Source: a virus
Taxonomy: Duplodnaviria; Caudoviricetes
Direction: 5' to 3' (one strand)
DNA: 64,000 bases
Virus record (IMG/VR): IMGVR_UViG_3300021431_004524
Location: 160,001-224,000 of that record
A model generated the notes under the pieces. That model was not told the DNA's origin. It saw nothing but the letters and a program-made list of their open reading frames with translations, and made no database searches. Both the position numbers and the translations under genes were made by a program. Below are positions 57,073-64,000 of the stretch, piece after piece. Numbering within the stretch: the stretch's first letter is position 1; every line of letters begins with the position of its first letter.

Positions 57073-57486
57073 TTACTCGTACTTATCCTTTAAACGTTTT
57101 AACTCAGAAAGCTCCTTTTTTTCAAGTTCTTTCTTTTCTTGTTCTGCTAACTGCTTATTTCTTGTTATGGCATCAGAGACTTGTTCATCAAGCGGTTTGT
57201 TAAGGTCTATTTCAATTACTATGTAATCACCATCATCATGATAGCCTTTAATAAATTTTATACTGTTATTAGTATACTCAACATCACACCAGTCAAAAAA
57301 CTTATCGGGGTATTTCTCATAATGCCATTGACAATTTTGAAACATTTCTTTCCATCCATTTATCATTTTTAATTGACTAAGAGTTTCACGGGCAACTCTT
57401 TCAATCTCTTTCTCTTTATTTTCCATTTCGGCATTTAACTTATTGCATTCCCTAATAAGTTTCAATGCCTTTCTTTGCATTTCCAT
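57073..57486 (-). CDS. Hypothetical protein
   Basis: 137-aa ORF; EL.RLK.KYE tail. Confidence 0.65.
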   Translation of the reverse strand: MEMQRKALKLIRECNKLNAEMENKEKEIERVARETLSQLKMINGWKEMFQNCQWHYEKYPDKFFDWCDVEYTNNSIKFIKGYHDDGDYIVIEIDLNKPLDEQVSDAITRNKQLAEQEKKELEKKELSELKRLKDKYE

Positions 57487-57497
57487 ATTATCTCTTT

Positions 57498-58322
57498 TTA
57501 AAATCTTAAATCATATATATCAAAATTACCGTTTCTCCACTTATCAAGCATCACAAACTGTATACCATTAATATACTCTTGGTTATGAAAATGATAATGA
57601 CCATAAAACCATTTATAAATCGGATGACCATCTTCAATCAGTTTATTGTATATATCATCCATCACCTTACGTTCAGCATCAATATCCGCTTCAAGTGCGG
57701 GGTCTTCCGTTAACCAGTATTGAATACCCTCCTTTGTTATTGGTTTTGCAAACGATGGGCAGGTATGTGTTGCTACAATGTCAATTTTTATACCACTTTC
57801 TTTTAATTCATTTAACGCCTCTTCATCATAAACAGGTGCTTCATCAGGCCAATATCCCTTTGGGCAATACAAATACGCCTCATCAATGCTACAGCCATGA
57901 TATATAGCATATTTCATAGCATTTTCCTTATATTTTACAAGGCGATATGTCCTATCGATGGATGTTGCTCCGCCCACGCAAAGAATATTATGTGTCGGTG
58001 TTTGAATGACAGTATAATCAGGTATTGCCTTGAAATACTTACGGTTTATTTTCTTACCGTTAAAATATTCCTTTGAGTCATGATTTCCATGAATGAATAT
58101 ACACTCATTATTGAATCGTGCGGCTGTTTTGTTAAGTTTATTAAATATATTCTTATAATGTTGTTCTTTTTCAAACCCGAAACCCACGTCTCCGCAGAAT
58201 AAGTATGTGGTGTCAGTAAATTCTGTACGTTTCATTAACCCATTTATGGAATTAAATTCTCCGTGCATGTCACCGACAAAGCATAATCCAGATTTATTTG
58301 TCTTTATGATGTTAAGTACCAT
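57498..58322 (-). CDS. Calcineurin-like metallophosphoesterase
   Basis: GDMHG, GDVG, GNHD, GGA.SID, TH..P, GHYH. Confidence 0.9.
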   Translation of the reverse strand: MVLNIIKTNKSGLCFVGDMHGEFNSINGLMKRTEFTDTTYLFCGDVGFGFEKEQHYKNIFNKLNKTAARFNNECIFIHGNHDSKEYFNGKKINRKYFKAIPDYTVIQTPTHNILCVGGATSIDRTYRLVKYKENAMKYAIYHGCSIDEAYLYCPKGYWPDEAPVYDEEALNELKESGIKIDIVATHTCPSFAKPITKEGIQYWLTEDPALEADIDAERKVMDDIYNKLIEDGHPIYKWFYGHYHFHNQEYINGIQFVMLDKWRNGNFDIYDLRF

Positions 58323-58549
58323 TAAATTTCCTCTACAGTAATCTTTACTTTCTTATTAAGTAATCCTTCATTGAATATTTTATGTGTCCTGCTTGGGTCA
58401 ACTGATGTAATTGTTACATCTACGGTTTCTTCATCATCAGGTTCTACATTATTATCCAATACAAATCTTGTCATTTTAAGATTTCTCTCATTATCAACAG
58501 AAAGCAAATCATTTACGTTTCCTTCTAGTTCTAAAATTATTTTACTCAT
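58322..58549 (-). CDS. Hypothetical protein
   Basis: 75-aa ORF; TATATTTG element upstream at 58586-58579. Confidence 0.6.
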   Translation of the reverse strand: MSKIILELEGNVNDLLSVDNERNLKMTRFVLDNNVEPDDEETVDVTITSVDPSRTHKIFNEGLLNKKVKITVEEI

Positions 58550-58586
58550 TTTACTTAAATTTATTTATATTTCGACAGCAAATATA

Positions 58587-59303
58587 CTATTTTTTCCCCA
58601 AATAAAGAAGGGAATACTGTTTAAAAAGTGTTAAATCATCCGGTGTGATATGTGGAAGATAAATCGGGGTGAAGAATACTTCAGCATTCTTTAAGAATTG
58701 CTTCCATATAGCAGTCTTAATCCTATTTACATTAGCCCTTGTTATTACATCTTTTTGAAATTTTCTTAAATTCTTTGGAATATCCTTATCTTCAACAACT
58801 TTATATCCACCCACACATGTCATGTTCTGAATTTTGAAATTAGAATCGACATACTGATAATAGTAATCTTCATCAGTGGATGCAGCACCAATAAGCAATC
58901 CTATTTCATTATCGGTTTTAAAATCATCAAAGGTAACTATTTTTCCACCATCCTTTACTAACTTATTTCTAATCAAGAAAAAATTAGATTTTTCATCATG
59001 ATGGTCATAGTGATATTTAAAATCTGTTATGATATTCCTTCTTCTCCATGCAAGAAACATATCATAATTGACAATATCTGTTTTAATTTCAGATAATTCA
59101 ACATCCCATTCACTATCCATAAATAACGTATCTTCATCGACCCAATATGAGGTGAATATATTACGATAGAAATACACCTTATTATCCTTGAAACTACGAT
59201 AAAAGGCAAATATCATATAATCGTTATGAATGCCTATTAGCATTTTACCGTCAGTTATCTTATCGAATAAGGGTCTGAAATCATTTAACTTCATCTTTGC
59301 CAT
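58587..59303 (-). CDS. Hypothetical protein
   Basis: 238-aa ORF. Confidence 0.65.
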   Translation of the reverse strand: MAKMKLNDFRPLFDKITDGKMLIGIHNDYMIFAFYRSFKDNKVYFYRNIFTSYWVDEDTLFMDSEWDVELSEIKTDIVNYDMFLAWRRRNIITDFKYHYDHHDEKSNFFLIRNKLVKDGGKIVTFDDFKTDNEIGLLIGAASTDEDYYYQYVDSNFKIQNMTCVGGYKVVEDKDIPKNLRKFQKDVITRANVNRIKTAIWKQFLKNAEVFFTPIYLPHITPDDLTLFKQYSLLYLGKK

Positions 59304-60078
59304 TAACTGTGTCCTCCTCTATACATTTTATTTTAATCATAGTGAAATCATCACCATTAAGCATCACTTCATTACCGGTATCTGAACATTTTCCTTTAAC
59401 GACTACATTGTATAACCTTTGTAAAGGCATTTTCTGATATTTCTCTTCACATGTATCTGTTTCAAAGAATATCTTCTTGGCATCCTCATTCTTGCTTGCA
59501 CCATATTGAGATACGAAACTCTCCAAGCCATCAGATGAAATACATATTTCCTTACAAATACTAAATACGCCTTTTTCTAATCTGCAATAGTTGTATAAAT
59601 AACTATCGAAATCTGCCGGTTTGACCGTTGATAAATACCAAACGGCATTTCCATTAGGGTCATGTACGTTTTCAAAGAGCCTTGTGTCTAATATACTGCG
59701 TCCATAGCACCCATCACCGGCCAGACAGATTGTATATTTCTCATTTTCCTTGTCGATGAACAAAAGCACTACAGTACTGAGCATTTCTTCATTGACCTTA
59801 TAGTTAAGAGACCATATCTTTCTGTTTAATTCCCTTAGAATGTTCTCTACTACGTTGGTTGCATAGATTGATGTATATTCCTCCAAGTTCTCACATATTT
59901 CCCTAAGTTTATACTTATGCATAGTAGAGGCGAAATGAGAGTCTACACCGGATGAACACCCATCAAATACTGCCGCAACAATGAATTTATCATTCTCATA
60001 CACAAGATAGTCATCCTCACAATGTAAATCGTGAAGACGGCCTTTGCTTATAAGTGTGTCTATCTTATATTCTTTCAT
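59281..60078 (-). CDS. PP2C-family protein phosphatase (YegK/TerY-P type)
   Basis: G..H...CED, V.DGCSS, ST, GDG, SDG and DD.T motifs. Confidence 0.85.
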   Translation of the reverse strand: MKEYKIDTLISKGRLHDLHCEDDYLVYENDKFIVAAVFDGCSSGVDSHFASTMHKYKLREICENLEEYTSIYATNVVENILRELNRKIWSLNYKVNEEMLSTVVLLFIDKENEKYTICLAGDGCYGRSILDTRLFENVHDPNGNAVWYLSTVKPADFDSYLYNYCRLEKGVFSICKEICISSDGLESFVSQYGASKNEDAKKIFFETDTCEEKYQKMPLQRLYNVVVKGKCSDTGNEVMLNGDDFTMIKIKCIEEDTVNGKDEVK

Positions 60079-60080
60079 CG

Positions 60081-60443
60081 TTATTTTTTATCTTCTAATC
60101 CGCATTTAGTACATTTATAATAGTCATAATGAGAATCATGACTATCATATACCCAATCATGAGTGCAATGTTCCTGTTTCTCCTTGAGGTATTTATCAAT
60201 TAAATCCAAATGTTCTTTTAACGGTTTAATATCCTCATTTATATGGGTTATAATTTCAGCATATGAATACCGGTCACACTTTATACCAAACCCATTAAGT
60301 GCTTTAACAGCATCGTCTATAGTATTACGGTTATCGTAATTTGAGTTAAGTTCCTTTTTTATATTAGATGAATAATCCTCAATTTCATCAAAAGAACTGC
60401 ATGCAATGAATACCCTTAACTCATCTTCTGTTTTCAAATCCAT
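60081..60443 (-). CDS. Hypothetical protein with C-terminal Zn ribbon
   Basis: C.H.W...C..CG. Confidence 0.65.
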   Translation of the reverse strand: MDLKTEDELRVFIACSSFDEIEDYSSNIKKELNSNYDNRNTIDDAVKALNGFGIKCDRYSYAEIITHINEDIKPLKEHLDLIDKYLKEKQEHCTHDWVYDSHDSHYDYYKCTKCGLEDKK

Positions 60444-60464
60444 ATTAAGCGTTTTTTATGAATA

Positions 60465-61958
60465 TTAAGCAGATTCAGTATTTTCTTCACCATATACCTT
60501 GAAACCGTTATCCCTACGAATATTGGCAAATGCCTCAATCGGCGTAAACCAGTCCGTACCGTGTCCTTTGTAATCACCGCATTTAATGTCGTAAGGTTTG
60601 TCTAACTGATATGATGATTTGTATGCAAAGCCCTCGACGGCATCAATATACATACTATACTCGCCCTCATTTAAGGTAATTGTCTTGTCAGTCTCAAAAT
60701 TATTTTCAAGCCAATCCTTATATGTGTTAGCAAACGTAGTATCAATACTAACACATAAATCTTCACCGAACAACTTGGTTAATTCATCATCAGTGAATGT
60801 CTTATGTTCTTGTGTCTTTCCTCGCCCATTAGTCTTATAACCCAAGAAAAGGAAATCGAAATACTTATATTGCTCTTCAATCTTCTGTATAAATTCCCTT
60901 GTCTTCTCAACGCCAAGAAGTTCAGGTATCAGATGAATTGTAATCTGCTTATAGCCATCACGATTGAATGAGGACTTAAAATCGCCAAGAATATCAATAT
61001 CTTTCTCATCAGTTACGGATACACCTATTGCAGTGACATAATCCTTAAATAATTTAAGATATTTCTCGTTTGAAAGAATTTCTTTGCAGTCTTTTGCATT
61101 AATGGTCGTATTAATAATGTGACCACATTCTTTCATGTACTTGAACAACTCTTCAAGATGTGGATAAAGAAGTATGTTTCCACCGCCAACTGAGAACTCA
61201 ACACGTCTGTCATAATGGTCATATTCATTTGACGATAAACATCTAATTATACCCTTAAGTTTGAGGAAATCGGCCTCTTTCTCCTTCATTGAAGAGTCCA
61301 TGAAACAGAACGGGCAACCATGTTGGCACTTGTTAGTGATGCGAAGGTCAACAAGTTCCGGATATGATGGAACACAGTCACCTTTTTCGGTCTTGAAACG
61401 AATTCTTCCATTCCATCCGTACCCAATCCAATAGTTACCGTTCTTTACTACACCTTTTTGGGCATTACCAATTCCAATATCATCAGGCAATGCTATTTCT
61501 TTATGCCCCTCTTTTGTCTCATATACAAATTCCATTTCATCAGAACCACCGACAATAATAATGTCATCATCATCAATTACGTTTTTAAGGAAATCAATAC
61601 TGGCTTCAAGTTCTGTGCCTTTTCTGAAACTAAGTGAACCTCTGGTATACATACCGAACGTTTCATACTGACCGTCTTCCTTTGCTTTCTTGGCAAGTTC
61701 AGAGTATTGTTTCATTTCCGGATAATACTGACACATTATGTCGAATAGTATCTCATTCCAAAATATATTCGCAGCGACGTACTTAATCTTAGCCTCTCTT
61801 GAAGCAGCAATCGTCTCGTCAAACCTATCATAATAGTTTAGTTTAAAGATATTCAAATCCTTAAACATTTCATCCTTATTACGATAGATTATTGAATGTG
61901 TTGAACTACTGTTGGTTGCAAAACCCTTTCTGAAATTCTTTAAATAAACTGCTCTCAT
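60465..61958 (-). CDS. Radical SAM protein with N-terminal TNSSSTHS domain
   Basis: CQHGCPFC (CX3CX2C), GGG; R.GF.TNSSSTHS. Confidence 0.85.
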   Translation of the reverse strand: MRAVYLKNFRKGFATNSSSTHSIIYRNKDEMFKDLNIFKLNYYDRFDETIAASREAKIKYVAANIFWNEILFDIMCQYYPEMKQYSELAKKAKEDGQYETFGMYTRGSLSFRKGTELEASIDFLKNVIDDDDIIIVGGSDEMEFVYETKEGHKEIALPDDIGIGNAQKGVVKNGNYWIGYGWNGRIRFKTEKGDCVPSYPELVDLRITNKCQHGCPFCFMDSSMKEKEADFLKLKGIIRCLSSNEYDHYDRRVEFSVGGGNILLYPHLEELFKYMKECGHIINTTINAKDCKEILSNEKYLKLFKDYVTAIGVSVTDEKDIDILGDFKSSFNRDGYKQITIHLIPELLGVEKTREFIQKIEEQYKYFDFLFLGYKTNGRGKTQEHKTFTDDELTKLFGEDLCVSIDTTFANTYKDWLENNFETDKTITLNEGEYSMYIDAVEGFAYKSSYQLDKPYDIKCGDYKGHGTDWFTPIEAFANIRRDNGFKVYGEENTESA

Positions 61959-61970
61959 ATTAATTTATCT

Positions 61971-63134
61971 TTAATGCTTAAATTGCTTATCCCAAATCAT
62001 CTCATTATATTCCGTAGGTTCTGGGAAATCAAACTGACTCCACATACGGTCAATTACCTCTAACGGCATCATTCCCTTACGTCTGTCTTTATATGTCTGC
62101 AAGTCAGGTGCTTCTATATACACATATACAATTCTCGGCATGAACCTTAATGTCATATCAGTATATGCATCACGATACATCTTACGGACATTAGTGTTGT
62201 CAATAACAAAATCCTGCTTATTCTTACAACACTCCAACATTCTCTCATTGAATATCTCCGTTACATGACTTTCCTGTTCCTTATTACCTTGTGGCTTCTC
62301 ACCCTTGATACCAATCTCTGTACGTATAAGGTCACGGCTAATCTGAACGGCATCTTTAAGACACTTCTCAATATAATACGATTTACCACTACCAGGCACG
62401 CCTATCATTACATACATGGTGAATTGACCGTAATCCTTTGGCAATGCACATCCTTCCGGGAACGGTCTGTCCTTGAAATGGAAGAACCTTATTTTTTCAT
62501 ATTCATTGTTAAACTCATAAGGGGTTTCATAACAATTCAATCCTTCGGCAAGTGACTTGATACGTTCCTCTTTTTCCGCAATAAACTCTTCATCCTCTTC
62601 ATCGTTCTTAGAGCCAAGAGAATCACAGATATTAAGGATAAGCATATCCTTAACCCTTACCCTACCATGAGATAACTGTATCATCTTACGGGTAGACATT
62701 TCCTCCTTATCAAAGATATGGTGTAAATCCATGTGATGACGTACCATATAGCAAACCTTCTCACGTAATGTAAATTCCTCATCAAAGAATAGCCTACGTG
62801 TAATCTTAGCACCTACAAGCCCATGACACTTTGTAGTGTAATCACCCTTTTCCTCATCGAACTTGGTGGTTGAAGGCTTTCCAAGGTCATGGCATATTGC
62901 GGCAGACATCATCATAATGTAATATTCATTGTCTGATGGCTCAACGTTCTCACGGTTAAGAAGATATGAACGCATAGTATCTGTCACAGCAATCTCATGA
63001 TTTCGTACATTTCCCTCTTTGTGCCATGTCTTAGATTGTTCACAGGTTTCCATATCCTTGAATTCCTTGATTGAGAAAATCTTATCCCAATCCGGAAGCC
63101 ATGTCTCTTGATTAAATAATTCCTTAAACTTCAT
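61971..63134 (-). CDS. HD-domain phosphohydrolase fused to a P-loop (AAA_33) polynucleotide kinase
   Basis: WH.EG.V..H, CHDLGK, HH; GVPGSGKS, SRD.IR, DNTN. Confidence 0.88.
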   Translation of the reverse strand: MKFKELFNQETWLPDWDKIFSIKEFKDMETCEQSKTWHKEGNVRNHEIAVTDTMRSYLLNRENVEPSDNEYYIMMMSAAICHDLGKPSTTKFDEEKGDYTTKCHGLVGAKITRRLFFDEEFTLREKVCYMVRHHMDLHHIFDKEEMSTRKMIQLSHGRVRVKDMLILNICDSLGSKNDEEDEEFIAEKEERIKSLAEGLNCYETPYEFNNEYEKIRFFHFKDRPFPEGCALPKDYGQFTMYVMIGVPGSGKSYYIEKCLKDAVQISRDLIRTEIGIKGEKPQGNKEQESHVTEIFNERMLECCKNKQDFVIDNTNVRKMYRDAYTDMTLRFMPRIVYVYIEAPDLQTYKDRRKGMMPLEVIDRMWSQFDFPEPTEYNEMIWDKQFKH

Positions 63135-63168
63135 TTTGTTTCTTTTCCAATATACAACTTATTTTCGG

Positions 63169-63200
63169 CAAAGATACTACAAAAAAACGAAACCACCAAA
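63169..63200 (-). promoter_or_regulatory. sigmaA-type promoter overlapping a terminator
   Basis: TTTG (63200-63197), 20 nt, TATCTTTG (63176-63169); AACGAAA/TTTCGTT stem plus T7. Confidence 0.75.
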
Positions 63201-63237
63201 GTAATTTCGTTAATCTTTGTTAAAGGTTATTATTTGT

Positions 63238-63636
63238 TTATTCCTTATTTAATTCTTCAACCAATTCATCAAGTGAAGTAAACGTCTTACCGCCATTTCT
63301 CTGAATAAGGTCTGCTGTTGCTTTAAGTGATTTAACTTGGAATTTCTCAAACTTCTTGCCATCATCCTCTTCAAGATAACAGAAATAGGTCTTCTTATCC
63401 GCATAATGACTTGATTGAACCGCTTCTGCTATCGAGAATACACCGGTCATTAATGGCGTAATAACATACAGATGGATATTACATACGTCATTCTTCTGCC
63501 TTTCTTCCTCTGCTTGACATTCAGGTGTCCAATCCTCTACAACCGGATTAAAATACTCAATTTTCAACTTTGGAATAATTCGGTCTCTCCATGTACTGTT
63601 ATTGCAAGTACCTCCTAAAAATACTTTACTCTTCAT
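63238..63636 (-). CDS. Nucleoside 2-deoxyribosyltransferase-like protein
   Basis: VFLGGTC..S.WR, YFNP.V.DW, G.FSIAE. Confidence 0.75.
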   Translation of the reverse strand: MKSKVFLGGTCNNSTWRDRIIPKLKIEYFNPVVEDWTPECQAEEERQKNDVCNIHLYVITPLMTGVFSIAEAVQSSHYADKKTYFCYLEEDDGKKFEKFQVKSLKATADLIQRNGGKTFTSLDELVEELNKE

Positions 63637-63658
63637 AATCTTTTATCTCTATTTGGCT

Positions 63659-64000
63659 TTAAAATTTCTTTAACTTTTCAATCTCATCAGCATACTTGTT
63701 CAACAAGGTCGTAAATCTATCAGGTCTTGTTGGATTAACCAACTTAGGTGCTATCGAGAATTTCAGTGTTGTTAAATCCCAGCCACGTTTTTCAAGTTCA
63801 TCCCTAACTTCCTGAGTGAATACCCTTGAGAATATCCAACTACCATCAGAACTACCCAATTTCATTACAGGCCATGACGCAACAAGGCTATAATTGTGTT
63901 TGTCTTCATCATCGTGTCCATAATATACACGAAGTTTGTCCTTTTCACTAATTTTAAGTTTCTTTTGTTTCATTTTTATGTATTTATCAGTTATTCTCAT
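63659..64000 (-). CDS. Hypothetical protein (start at window edge)
   Basis: 113-aa ORF; ELEKRGWDLTTLKFSI. Confidence 0.6.
   Translation of the reverse strand: MRITDKYIKMKQKKLKISEKDKLRVYYGHDDEDKHNYSLVASWPVMKLGSSDGSWIFSRVFTQEVRDELEKRGWDLTTLKFSIAPKLVNPTRPDRFTTLLNKYADEIEKLKKF

Noticed and set aside
1-64000. TAG-to-Gln recoding as in Lak megaphages
   Set aside because: Long genes, including the 2425-aa ORF, are intact under code 11, and TAG appears as a plausible true stop (1356, 30246, 43916, 48018)
1-64000. tRNA or rRNA genes, DGR reverse transcriptase, integrase or invertase
   Set aside because: No cloverleaf with a T-loop in intergenic DNA, and no RT or recombinase motifs in the translated ORFs

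Overview
This is 64 kb of an AT-rich, gene-dense large (jumbo/mega-type) tailed phage that infects a Bacteroidota host, probably Prevotella-like. Host assignment rests on about 15 intergenic Bacteroidota sigmaA promoters (TTTG-N19/20-TAnnTTTG), A-rich starts without Shine-Dalgarno sites, and Prevotella-type lipoprotein, BACON and CLec genes. The standard code fits. Genes run mostly on + up to about 37.2 kb and on - after about 37.5 kb. Main content: (1) accessory genes (PTP, phosphoesterase, Tpt1/KptA, DUF4842-type lipoprotein, GH108 lysin); (2) a membrane module of a PspA-like coiled coil, an OmpA-fused ABC substrate-binding protein, a permease and an ATPase; (3) a duplicated tail-fibre/adhesin block with a 2425-aa shuffled Ig-like repeat protein; (4) a head-to-head pair of putative receptor-binding genes with inverted repeats over both start codons, a G7 frameshift in one gene, and two different DGR-like variable regions in the other (no RT or template in the window); (5) an island of small cassette-like genes; (6) a dispersed TerY-P-like triad (vWA, YegI-like kinase, PP2C), NAD deamidases (PncA-like, PncC/CinA) and many RNA-repair enzymes, including an unusual Thg1-acyl carrier protein fusion. 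No tRNA, rRNA or CRISPR array was seen. All product calls come from motif recognition by eye, not database searches.
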